Numbered from the stretch's first letter, positions 18,502 through 27,346 are shown. The stretch: 32,000 bases of DNA from Lentibacter algarum (GCF_018860975.1 NZ_JAHKQI010000008.1:132626-164625), one strand, 5' to 3'. Numbers and translations: made by a program. Notes: a model not told the origin generated them from the letters alone.

Positions 18502-19143
18502 TCACGGCGCATTGCGTCGCCGCCTAATTTCAGCGATTGCCGCCTCCCAGCTTGGTCTTGCGGGGCGATGGTTCGCTCCCGGTGGCGCAAGGGCATAGGC
18601 CCCAATGAAATCGACACCCAAGCCCTTCAAGTAGTGTTTCGCTTTGCCACCAAATGCAACGACCGTGGCGTTGGGCAACAACTCGATCTGCCGCACAAGG
18701 TAGTTTGCAGCGCATGTTCGGTCTTTGGTCGAACCAATCTCATTGTCGATGGAACATAGCCTGCCCTCGGTAAGCCAAACCCGACGTAGCTGTTGGTCGA
18801 AGGTCATGTCGGGATATAGTTGCGAAATGAACCATCGGACATTTCGATGAAACAGGTCCGTTCCATGCTTGAAGCTCTTGTAGGCATGGTTTGTGCTGGA
18901 GGCCATTAAGTGGTCAGACCCCAACGCAACGTCGTAGCTTTCACCGTCGTGAGGGTGCCCAGGTTCGGAAAACACCATAATAACCTCGACATCCTCCGCA
19001 GAGCCCGTCGCACCGACATAACCGCGTGGAATGTGTCCACTATCTGGTCGCCATTGTGCCTCTCGGCACTGTCCGAAAAAGCGGCATGGTTTGTATGCTT
19101 CCAGCAATAGCGATTTCAACGGGTCCGTTGGTATCATATTCAT
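18502..19143 (-). CDS. Uracil-DNA glycosylase superfamily-like protein (putative)
   Basis: MVFSEPGHPHDGES, VRQIELLPNATVVAFGGKAKHYLKG, APPGANHRPARPSWEAAIAEI resemble UDG motifs. Start uncertain (19143 or 19137; ORF open to 19260). Confidence 0.5.
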   Translation of the reverse strand: MNMIPTDPLKSLLLEAYKPCRFFGQCREAQWRPDSGHIPRGYVGATGSAEDVEVIMVFSEPGHPHDGESYDVALGSDHLMASSTNHAYKSFKHGTDLFHRNVRWFISQLYPDMTFDQQLRRVWLTEGRLCSIDNEIGSTKDRTCAANYLVRQIELLPNATVVAFGGKAKHYLKGLGVDFIGAYALAPPGANHRPARPSWEAAIAEIRRRRNAP

Positions 19144-19387
19144 CTCGGTACAAATGGAGCCCCACCTTAGTGGGTATTGGCTGGCGGTCAACACCACCTT
19201 CTTTTCTCTCAATTCCACCTCATTCCACAGACCAACGCCCCGACAGCGGATGATACGCAATTCATGCTGAGCCTATGGCGTGCCGATGAAACGCGCCACT
19301 CCTGCGCGCACCCGGTGACCCTGTGGCTGTTTCCTTTTGGCCTTGCCTGCCGGGTGTGCGCGATCACAACCCGAAAGGACGACCACA

Positions 19388-19654
19388 ATGACCATTACCG
19401 CAACAATCGACGAGCATGAAGCAGTCACGCTCACCTATACCCGCATGAACACCACGTCGAACCTTGGTGTGCCCGACGCAGCCGCCTTCGCTGACGACCT
19501 CAAGTCGACCTTCAACCCCGATCAGGGCGACATCTACCGCGATGCCTATAACGTCTTGGTTCAACCCGATGGCGTAACCGTCGAAGTGCATCCCCATTCG
19601 TTCCCGATCCCGTGGCAGCACATCGCCTCTGTGGTCGATCAGCTCAATGCCTGA
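19388..19654 (+). CDS. Hypothetical protein (88 aa)
   Basis: MTITATIDEHEAVTLTYTRMNTT...; upstream SD-like aaagga; coupled to the following ORF. Confidence 0.6.
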   Translation: MTITATIDEHEAVTLTYTRMNTTSNLGVPDAAAFADDLKSTFNPDQGDIYRDAYNVLVQPDGVTVEVHPHSFPIPWQHIASVVDQLNA

Positions 19655-19892
19655 CATGACCGTTGCACCCCTATGGCGTGAACTGTCGCTGACGCGCGGC
19701 ACACTCCGTGACCGCGGCCTGCGCGTCCACGGCGTGTGGACCATGCACATTGGCCTCGACACCCCACCACGCGTCTATGTCGATTGGCAGGACGTGCCGA
19801 ACAAGCACGAGATGACAGTCGCTGAACACCTGATCGTTGCCCGCAAAATCGTCCACATCGAACCCGGCGGCAGAAAGCCGTGGATGGAATGA
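19647..19892 (+). CDS. Hypothetical protein (81 aa)
   Basis: Overlaps genes on both sides in a compact gene train. Confidence 0.55.
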   Translation: MPDMTVAPLWRELSLTRGTLRDRGLRVHGVWTMHIGLDTPPRVYVDWQDVPNKHEMTVAEHLIVARKIVHIEPGGRKPWME

Positions 19893-20224
19893 CGGGCACG
19901 GCTGAGGGCGCGTTTGTCGCGGCCATCATCTCGCAAGCATATTCCGACATGCTTGGCCCCGGCGACGACCACGCATACGCAGCAATAACCTTCCTAACCG
20001 CCCCTAATGGCCGACATGCCCGATGGCGCGGCGAACTGTTCGGGCTCTTGGGTCTTGATGGTGACATTGCCGCCCAACGCATCGTCGAAGGGCTTGAAGG
20101 CAACGCCGACCTGCACCCCTTCACACTGGAAACAAGTGAGCAACACGCCGCGCAGGTCGATCTTGCCCGCGAGCGCTGGCTCCACCTTAAACACCCCCAC
20201 ACTCTACCTGCTTCTTCGGTGTAA
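19889..20224 (+). CDS. Hypothetical protein with AYSDMLGPGDDHAY segment
   Basis: ATGA overlap with the upstream stop; weakly resembles ORF 20952..21332. Confidence 0.6.
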   Translation: MTGTAEGAFVAAIISQAYSDMLGPGDDHAYAAITFLTAPNGRHARWRGELFGLLGLDGDIAAQRIVEGLEGNADLHPFTLETSEQHAAQVDLARERWLHLKHPHTLPASSV

Positions 20225-20341
20225 CCATTCATCCTTGGATTGTATTTTGCTTTCGACGGATTGGTGAATTTGTCGTCCTTAACCAGCTTAACGGACGCGG
20301 CCCACCAGTCGCGTTCGCTTTGGTTACGAAAGGACGATAAA

Positions 20342-20965
20342 ATGGCCGATGAAACGACCGCCGCAATTCAGGCGTTGATTAAACAGGTGGGTGCGCTCAC
20401 CGAGACCGTCGTTAAACAGAACACCCAAATCGACGACCAAAACACCCGCCTCGACAAACTGCACGAGTTCAACGGGCGTGTGCTGGATCAAAAAAAGGAT
20501 TTGGAACGTAAAGCAAGCTCGCAACCTACGCCCGAGAAAATCGCCGAGATGGCCAACGCCGGACTCGTTCCCGGTGACGATGGCAATTGGTATATGCGCG
20601 GAACGAAACCCTCACACAGTCTGACACGCGAAGAAGCGCGTGATCCCAGCAAATACCGCGAGGCGAAAGCGGCAGCAGAAAAAGCAGGCGCAACACTGAC
20701 CATCGTTGATCCAACCGCCGCCGACGACACGCATCGCCGTTCATCGCGCACAGAAATCGATTCGTCGCTGAAAACCACACTCATCCGCGACGATGACCAA
20801 AAAGTCGCCTATATGCGCCGCGATGTAATGCGTTCAGATACGCGTCAATACCGCCAACTGCGGGCTGACGGGTTCAACGTGCAGTCGTGGGACAACGCCG
20901 ACGATCTTCCGCAGCACATGCGGACAAAACTTGCATTGATGGAAAAAGCCAATGCGCCCGATTGA
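20342..20965 (+). CDS. Hypothetical protein with N-terminal coiled coil
   Basis: VGALTETVVKQNTQIDDQNTRLDKLHEFNGRVLDQKKDLE; upstream gaaaggacgataaaATG is a good SD; start set at MADETTAA. Confidence 0.75.
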   Translation: MADETTAAIQALIKQVGALTETVVKQNTQIDDQNTRLDKLHEFNGRVLDQKKDLERKASSQPTPEKIAEMANAGLVPGDDGNWYMRGTKPSHSLTREEARDPSKYREAKAAAEKAGATLTIVDPTAADDTHRRSSRTEIDSSLKTTLIRDDDQKVAYMRRDVMRSDTRQYRQLRADGFNVQSWDNADDLPQHMRTKLALMEKANAPD

Positions 20966-21332
20966 TCGCGCCTGCTTGCAGTACGCCTATCAGGTCGTGC
21001 TTGGCGTTGACCACGCCTATGTCTCACCGACAGGGGCGTGCCTGCTGCTAAATCACGCGGAGAAACTTGATCCCGCAGGCGATCCCATATCAGCCGCAAT
21101 CGCCGCGCTGGCCGCGATGATGAAGCTCCACCTTGGCGGTATCGGGTTTGGTGAGTTGCGCAACGACCTCGTTGGGTCGGGCGTCGGTGAAGATTTCGCA
21201 AATCGCGTTCATGACCATTTGGCTGATGTCTCCGAGAGTGAGTGGGTGGGTCTTCGCGACCGCATCCGTTGGTATGGCGACGATACGGGCGAACCGCCCC
21301 GTGCCTCAACCGACGTATCAGGAGGCAACTGA
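20952..21332 (+). CDS. Hypothetical protein with AYQVVLGVDHAY segment
   Basis: Overlaps the previous ORF by 14 nt; same gene train. Confidence 0.65.
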   Translation: MRPIDRACLQYAYQVVLGVDHAYVSPTGACLLLNHAEKLDPAGDPISAAIAALAAMMKLHLGGIGFGELRNDLVGSGVGEDFANRVHDHLADVSESEWVGLRDRIRWYGDDTGEPPRASTDVSGGN

Positions 21333-21335
21333 ACA

Positions 21336-21923
21336 ATGGCAGGTAACAAAGGCAGCGGTCGGCCCAACACGATCCTCAATCACCCTGACAAGAATTCGAT
21401 CATTCGGTCGATTATCGAACGCGAATTGGGCGTGCCCGGTGCACCGTCATTCGCCAAGACTGCGAAGCGTGTCGGGCTGAATCCGGCGACAATTGATCGG
21501 TTTCGGAAGGATCACATCACGGAAGAAATGCGCCGTCACGTTGCGGGGCAGATCAAAATCGAACCAATCGACGAAACAACTCAATTCCTGAACCAAGAGC
21601 GGCTGGACGTTGGCAGCTCATATGAGTCCCTTGCGCGTCGCGTCGAAAAGCTGATCACGAAAGCCGAGGAAGCTGGCGACGATGGCTTTGCATTGGCCGC
21701 AATGGATGGCTTGCGGAAAGTGTTGAAAGACATCGCGACAATGCACGGCAAGATGGCAACCAGTTTGTCCGTCTCGGTTACTCTCGCGGAATCACCCGAA
21801 TGGGTCACGATGAAAAGCATCCTTCGCGCGGTGTGCGACGAGGTCCCCGAAGCTCAGCCCGTCCTTCTCAAACACATGCGCCAACACGTTCTCAGCGTCA
21901 CAAAAGAGGAGGCTGTGCTTTGA
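21336..21923 (+). CDS. Putative terminase small subunit / HTH DNA-binding protein
   Basis: SFAKTAKRVGLNPATIDRFRKDHITEEMRRHV helix-turn-helix; just upstream of the large terminase genes. Confidence 0.5.
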   Translation: MAGNKGSGRPNTILNHPDKNSIIRSIIERELGVPGAPSFAKTAKRVGLNPATIDRFRKDHITEEMRRHVAGQIKIEPIDETTQFLNQERLDVGSSYESLARRVEKLITKAEEAGDDGFALAAMDGLRKVLKDIATMHGKMATSLSVSVTLAESPEWVTMKSILRAVCDEVPEAQPVLLKHMRQHVLSVTKEEAVL

Positions 21924-22150
21924 AGTCGCCCCATTCAGAATTCCTCGGCTGGGATCACTACGCTCGCGACCATGCAAGGCGTTTGGAAGCCGCCAACTCG
22001 GCAAGGCATCCCGAATGGGTTGAACTGCCCGCGACCCGCCGCGCCGCAAAAGGGGAAGCCAAGTATTTCACGGGCAAGCCGTGCGCGAATGGGCACATCT
22101 CCCCGCGATATTCATCTGGGTGTTGCCGCGCCTGTCAGACAGGGCGGTAA
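21920..22150 (+). CDS. Small Zn-finger/HNH-fragment-like protein
   Basis: KYFTGKPCANGHISPRYSSGCCRACQTG resembles the Cys/His segment of phage endonuclease VII/HNH-like proteins; possible TTG start overlapping the upstream stop (TTGA). Confidence 0.45.
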   Translation: MKSPHSEFLGWDHYARDHARRLEAANSARHPEWVELPATRRAAKGEAKYFTGKPCANGHISPRYSSGCCRACQTGR

Positions 22151-22152
22151 AA

Positions 22153-22932
22153 ATGCCATTTGACGCCCTCATACCGTGGTGCGCAGAGCTTGAACGCTCG
22201 CTCGATCCCGCTGCGCGTCTGCGCCATTGGATCGGTCATGAGCCTGATCCTTGGCAGATCGACGCTTTTACCACGCAGGCGACGGAAGTCGCCCTGCGGG
22301 TCGGTCGTCAGGCGGGCAAGACCTCGGTGCTGGCCGCGCGCTCGGTTGAAGAATTGCACATCCCGGATTCATTGACCATCTGCGTTGCGCCCGCAGAGCG
22401 GCAAGCCAAGATCATCGCGCGAGAAATCGGGCGACAGTTGAAGCGCACCGAATTGGTCATCACGCGCTCGACGCTGACCGAACTCGAAATGTCGAACGGT
22501 GCCCGTGTCGTCGCGCTGCCGTCCACGTCGGACACTATTCGCGGCTATCCATCGGTATCGTGCCTGATCATTGACGAATGCGCTTTCTTGCAAGGCGATG
22601 GCGGCGGCGAAGACTTGATTGCGGGCGTCCTGCCAATGCTGACGGAAAAAGGGCAAGTTTATTTTAGCTCAACGCCTGCGGGCAAAAACAACTATTTCGC
22701 GCGTCTGTTCCTCGACGCAAAGCCGGGTGACGGTGTTCACCGCATTGTCGTCAAAGGCACGGACATCCCGCGACTGAAAGACAAAGTGGAGCGGATGCGT
22801 CGCACGTTGTCCGCGACCAAATTCCGCCAAGAGATCGAGTGCGAACTGCTTTCGGATGGCACCAGCTACTTCGACTTCTCAATCATCGAAAACGCAATAA
22901 GCACGGAGGGCGCAATATGTCCCAAGATGTGA
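22153..22932 (+). CDS. Terminase large subunit, ATPase domain only
   Basis: Walker A RVGRQAGKTSV, Walker B SCLIIDECAFL, coupling motif VYFSSTPAG; ends before any nuclease domain. Confidence 0.85.
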   Translation: MPFDALIPWCAELERSLDPAARLRHWIGHEPDPWQIDAFTTQATEVALRVGRQAGKTSVLAARSVEELHIPDSLTICVAPAERQAKIIAREIGRQLKRTELVITRSTLTELEMSNGARVVALPSTSDTIRGYPSVSCLIIDECAFLQGDGGGEDLIAGVLPMLTEKGQVYFSSTPAGKNNYFARLFLDAKPGDGVHRIVVKGTDIPRLKDKVERMRRTLSATKFRQEIECELLSDGTSYFDFSIIENAISTEGAICPKM

Positions 22933-23654
22933 ACTACGAAAACGCACTCAACCTCGTCTATCTGCCTGACGGGCGCGTAGTGAATGAAACAAACCAAGAC
23001 CCGGCCATCGAACGGGTCACGGGACACCAAAACTATTGGGTTGCCGCTGACCTCGGGCAGGCAAATGACTACACCGCCGTTGCAGTCATCAAAGACGAGG
23101 CGCTGCCCATCGTTGACGGATCGAAGGTCATCGTGGGACCGCGCCACCGTTCAATCGTACACGCTGATCGCTTCCGTGGCGTGTCCTATGTCGATGTCTG
23201 CGATTACCTGATCCGCTTGCGCAACGCGCCGCCGTTTGGTGGCAAGTCTGAACTTGTGATCGACGGCACGTCGCTCGGACGCGTCGTATCGGACATGCTC
23301 TGGGATCAATCAGTCGATCACCACGCCGTGCAAATGACCGGAGGCCAATCATGGCGCAAGGAAAGCTCGCGGTATGTCAACGCGGGGAAGACATTCATGA
23401 TCGAAAACTTGTCCGTGCTGTTTGCCTCAGGCGACCTCAAGTTTGCACATGACTTGCGGTTGCGCGACGAGATCGCATCCGACCTAGCCTCCTTCTCGTT
23501 GCAGACCACAGCAGCAGGCAATCAGATCATCACGCAGTCACGATCCGCAGGCGGTCACGGGGATTTGGGGATTGCGGTAATCGTCGGCGCGTTCGCGTCG
23601 CAATATCTGCGCCCGAAGATGGTCACGACCCACACGCTGCGCGGGTGGTATTGA
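22917..23654 (+). CDS. Terminase large subunit, RNase H-like nuclease domain as a separate ORF
   Basis: WVAADLGQANDYTAVAVI, ELVIDGTSLGRVVSDML, GGHGDLGIAVIVGAF acidic motifs; own SD ggaggg 6 nt before ATG. Confidence 0.8.
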   Translation: MSQDVNYENALNLVYLPDGRVVNETNQDPAIERVTGHQNYWVAADLGQANDYTAVAVIKDEALPIVDGSKVIVGPRHRSIVHADRFRGVSYVDVCDYLIRLRNAPPFGGKSELVIDGTSLGRVVSDMLWDQSVDHHAVQMTGGQSWRKESSRYVNAGKTFMIENLSVLFASGDLKFAHDLRLRDEIASDLASFSLQTTAAGNQIITQSRSAGGHGDLGIAVIVGAFASQYLRPKMVTTHTLRGWY

Positions 23655-23803
23655 CGTCTGTCGTCGCACTCTTGGCAACCGCGTGGGACGTAACACCGTG
23701 AACTCGACGAGCGAACGCGATGAACTGCGCAGCTCTGCGGTAATGCGGGGTTTTGGGCATAACCGTGGGGCACCGACCATAACCACCTTCGCTGACGGGG
23801 ATT

Positions 23804-23832
23804 TGCGGCGACCACGGGTAGTGGTCGCCGCA
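23804..23832. terminator. 12-bp perfect inverted repeat between convergent transcription units
   Basis: tgcggcgaccac-gggta-gtggtcgccgca; no strong T-tract. Confidence 0.5.
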
Positions 23833-23837
23833 GCGGT

Positions 23838-23972
23838 TTAAAGAAACGAAAAGCCCACTGCGACGAGCGCAACGACGATCACGAATACGGCCCCAACGGC
23901 AATGTTGCCGCTTGCATTTGCTTCGAAGTGCTTTCCGATTTTGATCAGGAGTTTGTTTTCTTGGCTGTTCAT
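23838..23972 (-). CDS. Unannotated 44-aa single-TM peptide
   Basis: MNSQENKLLIKIGKHFEANASGNIAVGAVFVIVVALVAVGFSFL*; coding strand reads TGAGGAGCTTAGGCATG, so the SD overlaps the upstream AIPR stop. Missing from the supplied ORF track. Confidence 0.7.
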   Translation of the reverse strand: MNSQENKLLIKIGKHFEANASGNIAVGAVFVIVVALVAVGFSFL

Positions 23973-23983
23973 GCCTAAGCTCC

Positions 23984-25252
23984 TCAACCCATTGTGTCCA
24001 ATTGCTGCTGCATTACATGCAGCCGCACCGATTTGAACAAATTGGCCCAGTGGTTTCGATTTTTACCAAGCGAATCCGGCGCATTACCGATGTCACTAAT
24101 TGCTTGTTTAGTTTCTGAAACCAACTCAGGCGCTAGGTCGCGCCAAGAAGCAAGAACGTTCTCGAAACCGCCAACCCATTCAGCGCATCCGGTGTCCGGA
24201 TTGATTGAAACAAAATTTCGAAACGCGCCCAGAATTGGGTAAGCGGCCCCCTTGGTCAAACGCTGGTCGTGGTCGTCCAGTTTTGCATATTGGAACTTGT
24301 GTCGGCCCTTGCTTGGAGGAGCCTTCTCCACAATCCTCAGGTTTCCGGCGCGGCCTTTGACGGTCTCATTGTAAACCTTGAGAAATTCCCGGCGAATGTG
24401 ATCGTATAGTACAAGAGTTTCGATCAGTAGAGGTTCAAAGGCCGCGTATTTTCTGGGTTCGCCAGTTTTCTTGTGCTCTTTAAAGTCGTCACCATACTTC
24501 ATCAGCGGCGTTGACCACTTCTCATAGGCCGCAATTGGATGCTTAGACTCACGAACAGGAAAATCCGTGACGTTCATCAGTTCAAGAACAGACACCAGTT
24601 CTCGGACGTCAATGTCCTTCTTGTCTGACTCTTTGAAACCAATATCGTTTGCCCAGTCTTGATCCTTCACGATTTCCTTGAGGCTATCGAACGCGCCATC
24701 AAGTTCAAAGATCGACCGAGGTTGCACAGAAATTCCAGTGTTCTGCCCTCTTGCGATGTCCACACGCAGTGTGTGGTTTTCTCCACCTTCTAGCCCGGTG
24801 ATGATTTTGACTTCGACGTGCTGGCCTTCGCCGATCGAATCATCCTCTTGACAGTCGTAAATGATCCGGGTGGTGTGGCCGCCATTGGCGATACCGTAAT
24901 CATCATCAATCATGACGTCGAAGACCCGCTTGTCGATCACCTCGATGTCTTCGGCAATGATGGTAATCCCCAGATTCAACAGGTCGAAGGTGCCTGGCAG
25001 TGCCTCTTTGCCTTCGAGGCTTGCTTTTACGTCCTTATACACCTGCCGGTTCATACCAACAGGGTCGCGCAAATTTGCGCCCGTCGGGACGTCCTTTGGG
25101 AAGAGGCGTGCAGGGACCAAGAAGGTGTGCTTGACGATGTTTGGGAGGGTGGGGTGTTTAACGCTACGCGCTTCGGACACCTCAAACCGATATGGTTTGA
25201 TAGCCATTCTTGAGTACTCCATGGGCCACGACGGACCAATGTTGCGGGGCAC
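23984..25252 (-). CDS. AIPR (abortive infection phage resistance) family-like protein
   Basis: FDLLNLGITIIAEDIEVIDKRVFDVMIDDDYGIANGGHTTRIIYD and LRVDIARGQNTGISVQPRSIFELDG match the character of the AIPR family. Confidence 0.75.
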   Translation of the reverse strand: MPRNIGPSWPMEYSRMAIKPYRFEVSEARSVKHPTLPNIVKHTFLVPARLFPKDVPTGANLRDPVGMNRQVYKDVKASLEGKEALPGTFDLLNLGITIIAEDIEVIDKRVFDVMIDDDYGIANGGHTTRIIYDCQEDDSIGEGQHVEVKIITGLEGGENHTLRVDIARGQNTGISVQPRSIFELDGAFDSLKEIVKDQDWANDIGFKESDKKDIDVRELVSVLELMNVTDFPVRESKHPIAAYEKWSTPLMKYGDDFKEHKKTGEPRKYAAFEPLLIETLVLYDHIRREFLKVYNETVKGRAGNLRIVEKAPPSKGRHKFQYAKLDDHDQRLTKGAAYPILGAFRNFVSINPDTGCAEWVGGFENVLASWRDLAPELVSETKQAISDIGNAPDSLGKNRNHWANLFKSVRLHVMQQQLDTMG

Positions 25253-25435
25253 GATGACCCCGGACGGCAGGATTGCCTGAGCCTTGGTACCAAAAAATCA
25301 GCGTTATGGCAACACAGGTTGCGCTTTTTTTCTCGTCCGACACAAGATATGCTGTTACTGATTTTCACGAGACATAAAGGCTGGGCAGTTAGGACTTGAT
25401 CCCGTGATAAACAAAATGACGAGAAAAACGACGAG

Positions 25436-26584
25436 ATGATGGGTTTCAATTACTACGACTTCTTTGCAGGTGGCGGCATGGCCGGGTTTGGTCTCGGGTC
25501 GAACTGGGATTGCCTGTTCGCGAACGACATAGACGCGAAGAAGGCAGCGAGTTACCGCGCCAACCATCATGGCGGCAAGGAACTGCTGCTAAAGGACGTT
25601 GCTCAGGTCACATTAGACGAACTACCCGGGTCGCCTGACCTCGTGTGGGCCTCATTTCCATGCCAAGACCTGTCGCTTGCTGGCAATGGTGCGGGCCTCG
25701 CGGGCAAGCGTAGCGGGATGTTCAAACCGTTCTGGAAACTGATGCGGTCACTTCACGCCGATGGTCGCGGCCCCAAGATCATCGCACTAGAGAACGTCTA
25801 CGGGGCGATCACGAGCAATGGCGGTCGAGACTTCGCAACACTTGCCGCTGCCTTCTCGGGCCTTGGGTATAGGTTCGGCGCTGTCGTCGTCGATGCGGTG
25901 CACTTCCTACCGCAATCCCGTCCGCGCTTCTTCATGGTAGGTGTTCGGGGCGACTTGACGATCCCGGAAAGTCATACAGTAGATGGCCCTTGCGCGATGT
26001 GGCATCCGCCCGCGCTTATCGAAGGTTGCAACCTGCTTTCGCAGACAGCAGCATCGCGTTGGCGTTGGTGGAACCTGCCAACACCGCCAGCTCGGAACAC
26101 AAACCTTGCTTCGCTGATCGAAGACAAGCCGACTGGTGTAAAGTGGCACACGAAAGCAGAAACCAAATACCTGCTCGACATGATGACCGACCACAACCGC
26201 AAGAAAGTCGAAGCGGCCAAGCAGTGTGAAGAGCGGGTGGTGGGCACGATCTACAGGCGCACGCGCGCGGACGCTGATGGTGTGAAGCGGCAGCGGGCAG
26301 AGGTGCGCTTTGACCAGATTGCTGGGTGCCTACGCACGCCTGCTGGCGGTTCAAGCCGTCAGACAATCATGTTGGTAGAGGGAAGCAAGGTTCGCTCGCG
26401 CTTGCTGTCAACGCGCGAAGCCGCATCCCTAATGGGCCTGCCTGAAACCTATATCCTACCTGAACGCTACAACGACGCCTATAAACTCGCGGGCGATGGC
26501 GTTGCCGTTCCGGTCGTTCGTCACCTTGCAGAGGCGATCTTTGAACCGCTCTTAAAGCGGAATCGACTCGCTTTGGTTGCCTGA
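25436..26584 (+). CDS. DNA (cytosine-5-)-methyltransferase
   Basis: Motif I YYDFFAGGGMAGFGLG, IV ASFPCQDLSLAG, VI IIALENV, VIII LPQSRPRFFMVG, plus TREAASLMGLPE. Confidence 0.93.
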   Translation: MMGFNYYDFFAGGGMAGFGLGSNWDCLFANDIDAKKAASYRANHHGGKELLLKDVAQVTLDELPGSPDLVWASFPCQDLSLAGNGAGLAGKRSGMFKPFWKLMRSLHADGRGPKIIALENVYGAITSNGGRDFATLAAAFSGLGYRFGAVVVDAVHFLPQSRPRFFMVGVRGDLTIPESHTVDGPCAMWHPPALIEGCNLLSQTAASRWRWWNLPTPPARNTNLASLIEDKPTGVKWHTKAETKYLLDMMTDHNRKKVEAAKQCEERVVGTIYRRTRADADGVKRQRAEVRFDQIAGCLRTPAGGSSRQTIMLVEGSKVRSRLLSTREAASLMGLPETYILPERYNDAYKLAGDGVAVPVVRHLAEAIFEPLLKRNRLALVA

Positions 26585-26603
26585 TTTCTAGTAAGTATCG
26601 GTC

Positions 26604-27314
26604 ATGGTTGACCGAAATCCCGACGATACAAATTTCCCACCTTTTGAAACCGAAGATCTTCGGTCCAATTTGGCTGAGTTTCTAACCCAGAAATTCGATG
26701 ATCCGATCACAGGGAAGCCGCGCGTAATAGGCGGCTTCAAATGGGGCGTATATGCTTTCTTCGATTACGACGGAGAACCTATTTACGTCGGCCAGACGAA
26801 AGAAAAAGTAAGTACCCGAATTAGGCGGCACCTGACAAATCAGCGGACAGATGCTGTTGCAATGTCGGTGCTTGACCCGTTCGAGGTTTACGAGGTCGAA
26901 GTTTGGCCACTACCGCAGTTTCAGAAAACAGGCGCAACTGATGTTGCCGCCAAAGCGCATTTGGATGCCCTTGAGGACCTTGTTTATCAAGAGGCGATTG
27001 CAGGCAGCACTTTCAAAGCGGTGCTAAATGAAAAAGACCCACCTGCACCGACAGTAGCCGTGACGAAACCCCCATCGCTTCGCTATCGACTTGTCTCGGA
27101 CGAGGTTCACAAGATTAGGTCGCACCCTGATTTCCGCATTGCACGGCGAGCCTTGATCATCTCGCGTCTGGCGCAGGTCATCTCGGAGCGGAAGGTGCAA
27201 GGTGGGCTACGACGGGTATTGTTGACCCAAGCTAAGCGGCTACAATGGCTTGCAGAGCGACGCTATGTGGCGTTGGGCGGGGAAGCGTCGGTCGAGGTTG
27301 AGGAAGGCGAATAA
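26604..27314 (+). CDS. GIY-YIG nuclease-domain protein, candidate restriction endonuclease partner
   Basis: FKWGVYAFFDYDGEPIYVGQTKEKVSTRIRRHLTNQR; starts 20 bp after the methyltransferase on the same strand. Confidence 0.8.
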   Translation: MVDRNPDDTNFPPFETEDLRSNLAEFLTQKFDDPITGKPRVIGGFKWGVYAFFDYDGEPIYVGQTKEKVSTRIRRHLTNQRTDAVAMSVLDPFEVYEVEVWPLPQFQKTGATDVAAKAHLDALEDLVYQEAIAGSTFKAVLNEKDPPAPTVAVTKPPSLRYRLVSDEVHKIRSHPDFRIARRALIISRLAQVISERKVQGGLRRVLLTQAKRLQWLAERRYVALGGEASVEVEEGE

Positions 27315-27346
27315 CACCCGCGAGGTTGCACATGTTTCGGGTCTTT

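Noticed and set aside
22839-22932. Programmed -1 frameshift joining the terminase halves
   Set aside because: Both frames are open here, but I found no X XXY YYZ slippery heptamer in frame, and a strong SD precedes the internal ATG, so independent initiation is favoured.
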